From assembly GCA_002170535.1 (NCBI GenBank), contig NHDW01000004.1, positions 250,190-314,189 on the forward strand: DNA of 64,000 nt, read 5' to 3'. Origin of the DNA: Methylococcaceae bacterium TMED69. Its GTDB lineage: Bacteria > Pseudomonadota > Gammaproteobacteria > Ga0077536. The notes under the pieces are model-generated. The model was given only the letters and a program-made list of their open reading frames with translations. It searched no databases and was not told where the DNA came from. This document shows positions 30,973 to 39,616 of the stretch, piece after piece (position 1 is the stretch's first letter; every line of letters starts with the position of its first letter). The position numbers and the translations under genes are program-made.

Positions 30973-32222
30973 ACACTATTGCAAAAAATTTAGTCGGCTG
31001 GATCGACCAGCGATTCCCCTTAATGAGCATCTGGAATGAGCATATTGCTCAATATTATGCACCGAAGAACTTCAATATTTGGTATTATTTTGGAATTTTT
31101 TCAATGGTGATGTTTGTTAATCAAATATTGACTGGAATTTGGCTAACTATGAACTATAAACCATCGGCTATTGAGGCATTTTCATCCGTAGAATATATAA
31201 TGCGGGATGTGGATTGGGGTTGGCTGATTAGATATATGCATTCTACCGGAGCTTCATTTTTCTTTATTGTAATTTACTTACATATGTTTCGAGCATTAAT
31301 GTACGGCTCTTATAAAAAACCAAGAGAGTTGATTTGGATACTCGGCATGTTTTTATATTTAACATTAATGGCCGAAGCTTTCTTTGGGTACATCCTGCCC
31401 TGGGGTCAAATGTCTTATTGGGGTGCCCAAGTTATAATATCATTGTTTGGTGCTATCCCTTTTGTCGGCGAAAGCCTACAGACTTTGATAATGGGCGATT
31501 ATGTGGTTTCTGATGCGACATTAAATAGATTTTTCTCTTTGCATGTAATAGCACTTCCTTTTGCAATCGCGGGGCTGGTTCTTCTTCACATCCTAGCGCT
31601 TCACGAAGTGGGATCAAATAACCCTGATGGAGTTGAGATTAAAAATCATAAAGATTCTGAAGGAAAACCTCTCGATGGGATTCCTTTTCATCCTTATTAC
31701 ACAAGCAAGGATTTCGTTGGGATTGTGGTCTTTCTAATGATATTTGCAGGGGTCATATTTTTCGCGCCAGAAATGGGCGGTTACTTTCTAGAGCATAACA
31801 ATTTCATTCCTGCGAACCCGATGCAAACGCCGGAGCATATAGCTCCAGTATGGTATTTCACTCCTTTTTACTCAATATTACGAGCCAACACGGTGAACTT
31901 TTTTTGGATACCTGCGAAATTATGGGGAGTAATATTTATGGGGTTTGCCGTGATGATATTTTTCCTATTGCCGTGGTTAGATAGAAGTCCAGTAAGATCG
32001 ATGAGGTATAAAGGCTGGATGTCGAGAACTGCGTTGGGAATTTTTGTATTATCTTTTTTAATTTTGGGATATTTGGGAGCATTGCCTCCAACCCCAGCTA
32101 GGACGATTGTAGCGCAAATATTTACCGTCATTTATTTTCTATTCTTCTTGTTGATGCCGATTTACACTTCTCTTGATAAGAATAAAAAAGTTCCAGAAAG
32201 AATTACGACGAATGGTCATTAG
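30969..32222 (+). CDS. petB: Cytochrome b of the bc1 complex
   Basis: 417 aa polytopic protein with conserved cyt b motifs (RYMHSTGASFFF, PEW box analog HIAPVWYF). Confidence 0.95.
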   Translation: MNTIAKNLVGWIDQRFPLMSIWNEHIAQYYAPKNFNIWYYFGIFSMVMFVNQILTGIWLTMNYKPSAIEAFSSVEYIMRDVDWGWLIRYMHSTGASFFFIVIYLHMFRALMYGSYKKPRELIWILGMFLYLTLMAEAFFGYILPWGQMSYWGAQVIISLFGAIPFVGESLQTLIMGDYVVSDATLNRFFSLHVIALPFAIAGLVLLHILALHEVGSNNPDGVEIKNHKDSEGKPLDGIPFHPYYTSKDFVGIVVFLMIFAGVIFFAPEMGGYFLEHNNFIPANPMQTPEHIAPVWYFTPFYSILRANTVNFFWIPAKLWGVIFMGFAVMIFFLLPWLDRSPVRSMRYKGWMSRTALGIFVLSFLILGYLGALPPTPARTIVAQIFTVIYFLFFLLMPIYTSLDKNKKVPERITTNGH

Positions 32223-32940
32223 ACTGCTTGGTTTTAGCTTAGTTCTTTTGGGTCTCTCTTGCTATGGAGCGACAGGTGGTGGTTTGCAGTTGCTTGATGC
32301 AAATATTGATTTGAGCAAAAAAACTTCTTTACAGCGTGGGGCCGCAAACTTTTTCAATTATTGTTCCGGCTGTCATTCCTTGCAATATATGCGGTACAAC
32401 AGAATTGCCGAAGATCTAGATTTAGATGAATCTTTGGTCAAAGCAAATTTTATGTTTGTGGGAGACAAAATAGGAAATGCGGTCAAAGTCTCTATGGAGC
32501 CAGAAGATGCGAAAAGCTGGTTCGGGGTACAACCTCCTGATTTATCAGTGATTTCAAGGGTAAGGGGCGCAGATTGGCTGTTTTCATTTCTTAATGGCTT
32601 CTACACCGAGTCGGAAAGACCAACGGGTGTAAATAACTTATATTTTTCTCAAACTTCTATGCCACACGTTCTCTGGGAGCTTGAGGGTTATAAAAAATTT
32701 ATCAATCCATCGGAAGATGACCAAAACTCCGGCATAGCCTTTGAAATTGTAGTTCCAGGAAAGCTAAGCCAGAATGAATACCAAGAGTTTACTAGAGACA
32801 TCGTATCCTTTCTGGTTTATGTGGGTGAACCAGCTCGTTTGGTAAGATATAAACTAGGTTTTTGGGTTATTGCTTTCCTCTTTGTATTGTTCATATTTGC
32901 GTACCTCAATAAGCGTGCGATCTGGGAGGATATTAAGTAA
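32212..32940 (+). CDS. petC: Cytochrome c1
   Basis: Signal peptide, heme-binding CSGCHS and a C-terminal membrane anchor. Start placed at the ATG at 32212, which overlaps the petB stop by 11 nt and is in frame with the longer track ORF. Confidence 0.9.
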   Translation: MVIRLLGFSLVLLGLSCYGATGGGLQLLDANIDLSKKTSLQRGAANFFNYCSGCHSLQYMRYNRIAEDLDLDESLVKANFMFVGDKIGNAVKVSMEPEDAKSWFGVQPPDLSVISRVRGADWLFSFLNGFYTESERPTGVNNLYFSQTSMPHVLWELEGYKKFINPSEDDQNSGIAFEIVVPGKLSQNEYQEFTRDIVSFLVYVGEPARLVRYKLGFWVIAFLFVLFIFAYLNKRAIWEDIK

Positions 32941-33572
32941 TGGCATCTGTTCCAAACAGAAGATCGACTATGTCTCTATATGTTGATGAGAAGGACTTAG
33001 AGGGACATAGTGTTAGATTAGTTCTTAAAGAAAAAGACATCACAGCCGATATTATTTTTGTTGAAGAAGGAAACAAGCCCGAGGACTTAGATCTTTTAAA
33101 TCCCTATGGTGTCGTCCTCACTCTAGTTGACCGAGATCTCGTTCTTTATCAAGCCCAAATCATCATGGAATATCTGGATGAGCGTTATCCTCACCCTCCA
33201 CTTATGCCAGTTGATCCTGTTTCAAGAGCTACCAATCGGCAATTTCGTTATCGAATTACTAGAGACCTGTTTTCTTTGTCGATTAAGGCGGAAAGTAGTG
33301 AAGCCGAAGTTGCGTTGGATGCAAAAAATCAGATTAGGGATAATTTACAGGCCCTGACCCCTATCTTCGAGCAATATAAGTACTTTATGTCTGATGAATA
33401 CTCTTTGGTGGACATGTGTCTTTCAACCATTTTGTGGAGACTTGGACATTGGGATATTAAATTAGGCGGTTCATCAAAAGCGATATACAAATATGCAGAT
33501 AAAATGTTCCAACGTGAAACATTTGTAGCAAGTTTATCGGATTTTGAAAAGGAAATGAGAACAATAGTTTGA
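32940..33572 (+). CDS. sspA: Stringent starvation protein A (GST-fold RNAP-associated protein)
   Basis: MSLYVDEKDLEGHSVRLVLKEKDI...LNPYGVVLTLVDRDLVLYQAQIIMEYLDERYPHPPLMP closely matches E. coli SspA. Confidence 0.9.
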   Translation: MASVPNRRSTMSLYVDEKDLEGHSVRLVLKEKDITADIIFVEEGNKPEDLDLLNPYGVVLTLVDRDLVLYQAQIIMEYLDERYPHPPLMPVDPVSRATNRQFRYRITRDLFSLSIKAESSEAEVALDAKNQIRDNLQALTPIFEQYKYFMSDEYSLVDMCLSTILWRLGHWDIKLGGSSKAIYKYADKMFQRETFVASLSDFEKEMRTIV

Positions 33573-33991
33573 TGATTGTACCGATTTCGTATGTTTTAAA
33601 AGCTTTAAAAAGTTGGATGGAAGATGTCGGACTTACTCCTAACATAAAATTTAGGTCAGGTGACCCTAGAGTTCGCATACCAGAGCATTTGAAAGATTCC
33701 GAAATTATCGCCTTAAATATTGGAAGGGACGCTTGTAGAAATTTTGTAATCGACGATGATTTTATTGGCTTTGATACGAGATTTTCAGGTAATTTATTTA
33801 GTATAACTGTACCAATAACAGAAATAACTGAGATTTATGCTAAAGAGCAGTCAGCAGGCGCACTGATTATGTGGCCAGACACAATCAAATTTTATTATGA
33901 TGATGTAGTACCGAATTTTGGATCTGATGTCCTAAAAGATGATTTAAAAGCAAAGTTAAAGAAAAAGCCTGAACTTAAACTTATCAAATAG
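33569..33991 (+). CDS. sspB: Stringent starvation protein B (ClpXP specificity-enhancing adaptor)
   Basis: 140 aa. Conserved SspB N-terminal domain and position directly after sspA. Confidence 0.9.
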   Translation: MMIVPISYVLKALKSWMEDVGLTPNIKFRSGDPRVRIPEHLKDSEIIALNIGRDACRNFVIDDDFIGFDTRFSGNLFSITVPITEITEIYAKEQSAGALIMWPDTIKFYYDDVVPNFGSDVLKDDLKAKLKKKPELKLIK

Positions 33992-34012
33992 AGGCCCGTG
34001 GCTCTATTTGAT
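33983..34012. terminator. Bidirectional hairpin between convergent sspB and dolP. ATCAAATAGAG-gcccgtgg-CTCTATTTGAT.
   Basis: Perfect 11-bp inverted repeat with an 8-nt GC-rich loop. The sspB stop (33989-33991) and dolP stop (34004-34006) both lie inside the stems. Confidence 0.5.
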
Positions 34013-34549
34013 TTCCCATAGAGTTACCACCTTTTGAACTCCACTAGTTTCGCGAGCTATTTTCGTCGCAATGTCAGCTTGTCCATTATTAACAATGCCT
34101 AAAAGAAAAACGGTACTATTATCGGTCACCACTTTTATTCGATTCGATTTTACGTTTTTCTCCTTTTTGAAAATTGCGGTAGCTAAAATTCTAGTCCTTA
34201 CTTTAGTTGTTAAATATTTGTCATTAGAACGGGATAACATAGAGCTTGGTGCGGCTAATATAGTAAAGTCATGAATCTTTTTAATTTTTGTTATTTGCTT
34301 TGCGCCGCTTATAATCTCCCTACGTAATCTTTCGTTTGGTATCTGGCCAGTTAGTAGTAAGACTTCGTTGTAGCTCGTTGCTTTTACATTAGTCAGTGCA
34401 TCTAGTTCATAATCTCTATTAATGAATTTTTTTATTTTTCTTTCAATAGAAAAATCCTCGATAAAAGTTCCTGTCGTCCGCTCTTCATTAATTCCGGAAC
34501 ATGAAACAATAAAAATTAAAATAAAAATTTTATATACTGACTTATTCAT
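34004..34549 (-). CDS. dolP: BON-domain outer-membrane lipoprotein DolP (YraP/OsmY-like)
   Basis: Lipobox LIFIVSC, two BON-like repeats, and its position downstream of diaA as in the E. coli yraM-yraN-diaA-yraP operon. Confidence 0.7.
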   Translation of the reverse strand: MNKSVYKIFILIFIVSCSGINEERTTGTFIEDFSIERKIKKFINRDYELDALTNVKATSYNEVLLLTGQIPNERLRREIISGAKQITKIKKIHDFTILAAPSSMLSRSNDKYLTTKVRTRILATAIFKKEKNVKSNRIKVVTDNSTVFLLGIVNNGQADIATKIARETSGVQKVVTLWEIK

Positions 34550-35135
34550 TCTTTTCTACCATATTGTTTTCTATTAAGCTGCAAATACAATGTATGATTA
34601 CAAGATGAATCTCCTGAATTCGCGCTGTACTACTACTAGGCACTCTAATTTCTCTATCTCCTTGCTTTAAAGCTTTAGATGCTATACCACCATTTTTTCC
34701 TGTAAGAAGTATAACGGTAATATCCTTCTTATGAGCTTGCTCAATTGCTCGATGAATATTTATAGAGTTACCACTCGTTGTTATTGCTAGTAAAATGTCG
34801 TGTTTTTTTCCTAAAGCAGATATTTGCTTTGAAAAGATTTCGTCATAGCCATAATCATTAGCTATTGAAGTAATTGTCGAAGAATCGGTAGTAAGGGCTA
34901 GACCAGCAAGCTCATTTCGATTAATTTCAAACCGATTAACTAACTCGGAAGCAAAATGTTGAGAGTCTCCCGCTGAACCTCCATTTCCGCACGCCATTAT
35001 TTTATTACCATTCATAAGTCGGGAAAAAATTAGTGCGCTTATTTCAACAATGTCATTAGAAAGCGTATCTCTTACATTAGTCGCTACTGTGATAGTGTCT
35101 GCAAATATATTTTTGATTAAATGACTGCTATCCAA
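34542..35135 (-). CDS. diaA: SIS-domain protein DiaA (DnaA initiator-associating protein; GmhA paralog)
   Basis: SIS motif IMACGNGGSAGDSQHFASEL and length 197 aa. Synteny lpoA-(yraN)-diaA-dolP. Confidence 0.75.
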   Translation of the reverse strand: MDSSHLIKNIFADTITVATNVRDTLSNDIVEISALIFSRLMNGNKIMACGNGGSAGDSQHFASELVNRFEINRNELAGLALTTDSSTITSIANDYGYDEIFSKQISALGKKHDILLAITTSGNSINIHRAIEQAHKKDITVILLTGKNGGIASKALKQGDREIRVPSSSTARIQEIHLVIIHCICSLIENNMVEKNE

Positions 35136-35173
35136 ATTTTCATCCTATTAGTCTAAACTTATTGTAAACAATT

Positions 35174-36418
35174 TTAGTCCATTTTCGCTAGCTTAACTTT
35201 TCCATTTTTAATTCGATATTTATTTAGATTCCTAATAACTATACCTTCATCATTGACGCGAAGGTATCCGGTTTTCCCAGGATATGTAAGAAACTCGTTC
35301 CGTTCCATTTGGTAAAGGTAGGGAATTAAATTAAGTGCATCATAACCAAAAGCGAAAAGCCTTGGATAGTGAGATTCCGTAGTAGCCTTAAAAAGGTAAT
35401 TGTTATTATTTAACATGGGTACATCGAGAAAATATAATCCATCTAGATCTTTATAAAATGATACATCTTGTGTAAAAGCGAACGCACGAGATCCCGCAAA
35501 AACGGGCAGTTTTTCTGCTTTGTGAAACCTTAACTGAGGTATTATTTGTCTTGCATTCTCATGATCCATTGCAAGCAGAATAACATCAATATCTTGGCGT
35601 CTTCTTGCCTCAAATTTTATCTTTTTTTGAATTAATTTTGTGATCATGTTCTTCCGTGCGTGACTTTCATCAATGTGCAATACTTTAGTAATTATTTCTG
35701 AAAAATTTTTTTCATTCGGATCGTAAACAATATGATCAAGTATTTCACCATGAGAATTACTCCATTCTTCAAGGTAGGCTTTAGAGATTCGCTGGCCCCA
35801 GTTGCTATCTTGTGCAATTATAATTGCCCTGGCTCCCTTTGTCCTTGCGAATTTTGCAACTTGTCTCGCTTCTTCCTCAGGATTTAAAGAAAAACGGAAA
35901 AAACCTTTCCTCCTATAATCTTTTGAATCATTTATATTCAGATTTAATACATCTATATTACTTGAAATTTGCCCCATTATTTTTGAAAGGTTTTCTTTCC
36001 TAAGAGGTCCAATTAAAAAATTTATCCGGTCTTTTTTTATACTTTGTGAAATCTGATTAGAACTCTGTGCATCCGAGGGGTAGAAAAATAATTTCGTATT
36101 TGCCATGAACCTTGGCGATGAATAATATGCTTCGGTCATACCATATATAATACTTTTACTTATGTTTTCATATGCGCTGTCAAAAGGTAAAATGATACCA
36201 ATATTCTTGGGAAGAAAGGAGTTATTAACTCGTGAAACTAATTTATCCTTGGAAAAGTCCGCTAGAATTCCTTTGGATTTGGTTGCTTTTTCATCGAATT
36301 TTTTGTTTTCTTCGTTTAGTCTTTTTTCAAATACGGGCGCCCTGTTGCTTGAGCAACTAGAAATTAATAGAGTAATCGTAATGAAATAGATGCTGTACCG
36401 AAAATGTTTTGCTAGCAT
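35174..36418 (-). CDS. lpoA: Penicillin-binding protein activator LpoA-like lipoprotein (short form; C-terminal periplasmic-binding-fold domain only)
   Basis: Lipoprotein signal LLISSCSS and a type I PBP-like fold. Divergent from rsmI exactly as E. coli lpoA/yraM. Only 414 aa versus ~600-680 aa in Pseudomonas and E. coli. Confidence 0.55.
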   Translation of the reverse strand: MLAKHFRYSIYFITITLLISSCSSNRAPVFEKRLNEENKKFDEKATKSKGILADFSKDKLVSRVNNSFLPKNIGIILPFDSAYENISKSIIYGMTEAYYSSPRFMANTKLFFYPSDAQSSNQISQSIKKDRINFLIGPLRKENLSKIMGQISSNIDVLNLNINDSKDYRRKGFFRFSLNPEEEARQVAKFARTKGARAIIIAQDSNWGQRISKAYLEEWSNSHGEILDHIVYDPNEKNFSEIITKVLHIDESHARKNMITKLIQKKIKFEARRRQDIDVILLAMDHENARQIIPQLRFHKAEKLPVFAGSRAFAFTQDVSFYKDLDGLYFLDVPMLNNNNYLFKATTESHYPRLFAFGYDALNLIPYLYQMERNEFLTYPGKTGYLRVNDEGIVIRNLNKYRIKNGKVKLAKMD

Positions 36419-36441
36419 TCAAACTCCAGGACAAATATTAA

Positions 36442-37293
36442 ATGCAGAATAATTATCAAATCAGGAGGCCTTCCTTATACGTCGTAGGAACACCCATTGG
36501 TAATTTGCTTGATTTTACCATGAGAGCAAAATTAACTTTGAATTATGTTGATTGTATTCTGGCAGAGGATACCAGAAAAAGCCGCATCCTTTTAGATTTT
36601 TATCAAATAAAGACAGATATACGTCCTTTTCATAATTGGAATGAAAAGAAGAATGCAGGAATAATTGCTGAAAAGATAAAAACTAACAATTTAGCTTACG
36701 CTTTAATCACCGACGCCGGAATGCCTCAGATATCAGATCCTGGTTTTTTGCTTGTAAAAAAATGTATAGAAAAGACGATCGACGTTATTAGCGTTCCCGG
36801 CCCTTCTGCATTGACAGCTGCGGCCTCTTTAAGCGATTTACCTTTAAATCGCTTTGTTTTCGAGGGTTTTTTATCCAGGCGAAAAGATAAATTAATGAAA
36901 GAATTAGCTAATTTAGAAGACGAAACGAGGGGGATGATCTTTTTTGAGGCGCCTCATCGAATACTAGGGTTTTTGGAGTGTTCGCAAAAAGTTTTTGGGT
37001 CAGACCGTTACATTATAGTAGCTCGGGAACTAACAAAGACTTTTGAAACATGTTATAGAGGAACTGTGAAGGATGTCGAAAGTTATCTAAAAAAGAGTCC
37101 TAAAGAATGCAAAGGGGAATTCACCATAATTGTTTCCGGTCGAGAGGGGCATCCTGATTCATCAATCGAGCTAGAACGGTGGCTAAACATTTTGCTGATG
37201 CATATGGATCTAAAGAATGCTAGATCTGTTTTAAAAGAATTTGGGGTGTTTAGACGCAATTTAATTTATGATTCAACGTTAAAAAAAGGTTGA
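36442..37293 (+). CDS. rsmI: 16S rRNA (cytidine1402-2'-O)-methyltransferase
   Basis: Tetrapyrrole-methylase fold. N-terminus LYVVGTPIGNLLDFTMRAKLTLNYVDCILAEDTRKSRILL matches RsmI. Confidence 0.95.
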   Translation: MQNNYQIRRPSLYVVGTPIGNLLDFTMRAKLTLNYVDCILAEDTRKSRILLDFYQIKTDIRPFHNWNEKKNAGIIAEKIKTNNLAYALITDAGMPQISDPGFLLVKKCIEKTIDVISVPGPSALTAAASLSDLPLNRFVFEGFLSRRKDKLMKELANLEDETRGMIFFEAPHRILGFLECSQKVFGSDRYIIVARELTKTFETCYRGTVKDVESYLKKSPKECKGEFTIIVSGREGHPDSSIELERWLNILLMHMDLKNARSVLKEFGVFRRNLIYDSTLKKG

Positions 37294-37321
37294 TTTGTTG
37301 TAAAAAAAGTGAAAATAATGT

Positions 37322-37682
37322 GTCGAGTTGGCTGGGCGGTCGCTGTTTAGATAACAGAGGAAAGTCCGGGCTCCAAAGAGTAGAATGCTAGGTAACGCCT
37401 AGGAGACGTGAGTCTACGGAAAGTGCCACAGAAAATATACCGCCTTAAAAGGGTAAGGGTGAAAAGGTGTGGTAAGAGCGCACCGCATTACACAGTAATG
37501 GCAAGGTAAACCCCATTCGGAGCAAGACTAAATAGGAGAGCGCGCAAAATTTATTTTGCCTATGTGTGACTCGCACGAGCTCTTGGGTAAGTCGCTACAG
37601 TCGTGTGGTAACATGCGTCGCAGATGAATGATCGTCGAATCTTTACTAGATTTACAGAACCCGGCTTATAGGCCAACTCGAT
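37322..37682 (+). ncRNA. rnpB: RNase P RNA (bacterial type A, M1 RNA)
   Basis: Universal motifs AGGAAAGTCCGGGCTCC (P4 5' strand), GGTAAGGGTGAAA, GTAAGAGCGCACC and ACAGAACCCGGCTTA (P4 3' strand). P1 pairs GAGTTGGC (37325-37332) with GCCAACTC (37672-37679). Length ~360 nt. Confidence 0.9.
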
Positions 37683-37893
37683 TTTGCCTTTAAAATCTAT
37701 AAGACTTGAATAAAAGTCGAAATAATCCAAAAAAACCTCATAATATAATTTTTTTTTTAAGATTATGTTTTATCACCATGATTCTAATAGTTTTTTTTAT
37801 TTGTCGGAATCGCTTAGAAGAATGGTTGGATTTCACCTAAGTACTATTTCAGTAAAAGAACGACAACTTTATGAAAAATATAAGTTTTTTTTC

Positions 37894-37923
37894 TTGACAG
37901 TTTTCAGAATTGGTACGTATAGT
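37894..37923 (+). promoter_or_regulatory. Near-consensus sigma70 promoter for the dcw cluster (Pmra). TTGACA-18 nt-TATAGT.
   Basis: -35 TTGACA at 37894-37899 and -10 TATAGT at 37918-37923. Sits 70 bp upstream of the mraZ start inside a 300-bp AT-rich leader. Confidence 0.55.
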
Positions 37924-37932
37924 AGCCTTTGG

Positions 37933-37957
37933 TGGTGAAAAGTGGTGAAAAGTGGTT
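37933..37957 (+). promoter_or_regulatory. Putative MraZ operator: three direct repeats TGGTG-N5-TGGTG-N5-TGGTT with 10-bp periodicity, just downstream of the -10 element
   Basis: Sequence TGGTGaaaagTGGTGaaaagTGGTT. This matches the MraZ-box architecture described in E. coli (three TGGGN pentamers with 5-nt spacers at the mraZ promoter) and the GTGG repeats of Bacillus/Mycoplasma. Confidence 0.6.
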
Positions 37958-37992
37958 GCTAGAGGATCTTTAGAAAACCTAGGGTATGAAGA

Positions 37993-38451
37993 ATGTTCAG
38001 AGGAATAAATACGGTAAGCGTTGATGCTAAAAATCGACTCGCATTACCCTCTAAAATAAGAGAAATACTTCGTGACAATCAAATAAATGATTTAGTCATG
38101 ACCTTGAATCCCTGGGATAGAAATATTTGGTTGTATCCGTTACACGAGTGGATAAGGATAGAAGAAAAATTATCTTCTCTCAATGATCTCAATACTGAAA
38201 CTCGGCGCACAAAGCAAATAATGCGAGGCTACGCTACCGATGTTTCATTGGATAATAACGGTCGTTTTGTAATATCTACTGAAATGATAAAGCTTTCTAA
38301 AATATTAGATGATGCGGTAGTTCTTGGCCAAGGTAACAAAATTGAAATTTGGGATTCGCAACGCTGGTGTCAAGAGAGAGACAAGTGGTTGGAGGATGTT
38401 GCGGGCTCAGGTAGAGAGGGCAACTCTTCACTTTCTGATTTATCATTATGA
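37993..38451 (+). CDS. mraZ: Transcriptional regulator MraZ
   Basis: 152 aa with duplicated SpoVT/AbrB-like halves (LALPSKIREIL...; RFVISTEMIKL). First gene of the dcw cluster. Confidence 0.95.
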   Translation: MFRGINTVSVDAKNRLALPSKIREILRDNQINDLVMTLNPWDRNIWLYPLHEWIRIEEKLSSLNDLNTETRRTKQIMRGYATDVSLDNNGRFVISTEMIKLSKILDDAVVLGQGNKIEIWDSQRWCQERDKWLEDVAGSGREGNSSLSDLSL

Positions 38452-39359
38452 TTGAATCGACGCTACATCATTCTGTACTCAATGCCGAACTTTTAAGCTT
38501 TCTTGATATTAAGAAAGATGGTGTTTATTTAGACGCGACTTATGGACGAGGGGGGCATAGCGCACTCGTCTTGAGCAGAATTTCTAAATCGGGAAAACTA
38601 TTGGCCTTTGATAGGGATCGAGAGGCAGTGACCGATGCGCTAATTAAGTTTGGGGAAGATGGTAGATTTACCATCAATCATGCAAAGTTTTCTCGTATCT
38701 CAGAATTACTTTCAGAATTTCGAAACAAAATAGACGGAATCTATTTTGATCTGGGTCTATCGTCACCGCAGCTTGACAACGCGGAACGAGGCTTTAGTTT
38801 TCAGAAATCCGGATTCATTGATATGCGTATGGACCAATCTTCAGATGGAGGTTCTGCGTTTGATTGGGTGAATAGTGCTAAAGAATATGAAATCAGAGAC
38901 GTCCTGAGTAAATTTGGAGAGCAAAGGTATGCTAAGTCAATAGCTAAAAAAATTGTTTCCTCTCGCGCGCTTAAAACTATCGATACGACTCATGAGCTCG
39001 CACAAATTGTAAGGTCCTGTATTAAATACCGAGCTAAAATTGATCCGGCCACACTGACTTTTCAGGCGATAAGAATCTTTATAAATGATGAGCTCAATGA
39101 GTTAAATCTAGCCTTAAACAGCGCTGCCGAACTAATAGGACTAGGCGGCAAGATTTTAGTGATATCTTTTCATTCTCTGGAAGATAGAATCGTCAAACAC
39201 CGATTTCGTTATTTGGCAGCGAATGGCTTATCTAGAAGTGGTTCCGAATGTAGTTATCGAATAATTACCAAAAAACCAATTGTACCCTCAGATTTAGAAA
39301 AATCAGAAAATGCAAGATCGAGAAGTGCAAAATTACGAGTGATTGAGAGAACCCAATGA
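38448..39359 (+). CDS. rsmH: 16S rRNA (cytosine1402-N4)-methyltransferase
   Basis: HSVLNAELLSFLDIKKDGVYLDATYGRGGHS and FHSLEDRIVK motifs. 303 aa. Confidence 0.95.
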   Translation: MIESTLHHSVLNAELLSFLDIKKDGVYLDATYGRGGHSALVLSRISKSGKLLAFDRDREAVTDALIKFGEDGRFTINHAKFSRISELLSEFRNKIDGIYFDLGLSSPQLDNAERGFSFQKSGFIDMRMDQSSDGGSAFDWVNSAKEYEIRDVLSKFGEQRYAKSIAKKIVSSRALKTIDTTHELAQIVRSCIKYRAKIDPATLTFQAIRIFINDELNELNLALNSAAELIGLGGKILVISFHSLEDRIVKHRFRYLAANGLSRSGSECSYRIITKKPIVPSDLEKSENARSRSAKLRVIERTQ

Positions 39360-39613
39360 AAAAAGTTTTGGTAGTTATAGCTCTTTTGATAGCAAATTGT
39401 TTTTTGATTATAGAGCTTATAATGACTCGTCATTCGATAAGAGTAACTATGATCGAGTTAGGTTTCCTCAATAAGAAATTTGAACGATTAACTATGACAA
39501 ACGAAAGTCTTTTATTGGAGAAAGCTCATCTTAGTAGTCCTTATAGAATAGATATTATTGCCCGAGATCAGCTTGGCATGTCTAAACCCGATTCTAAAAT
39601 TCAGGAGAGATAG
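39356..39613 (+). CDS. ftsL: Cell division protein FtsL
   Basis: 85 aa bitopic protein with a single TM helix and a coiled-coil/leucine-rich segment. Positioned between rsmH and ftsI. Confidence 0.8.
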   Translation: MKKVLVVIALLIANCFLIIELIMTRHSIRVTMIELGFLNKKFERLTMTNESLLLEKAHLSSPYRIDIIARDQLGMSKPDSKIQER

Positions 39614-39616
39614 CAT

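Noticed and set aside
37931-37960. Short tandem repeat GTGGTGAAAA x2.5 considered as a possible CRISPR or minisatellite
   Set aside because: Far too short, with no spacers of CRISPR length, and there are no cas genes in the window. The 10-bp phasing and its position at the mraZ promoter fit a MraZ operator instead.
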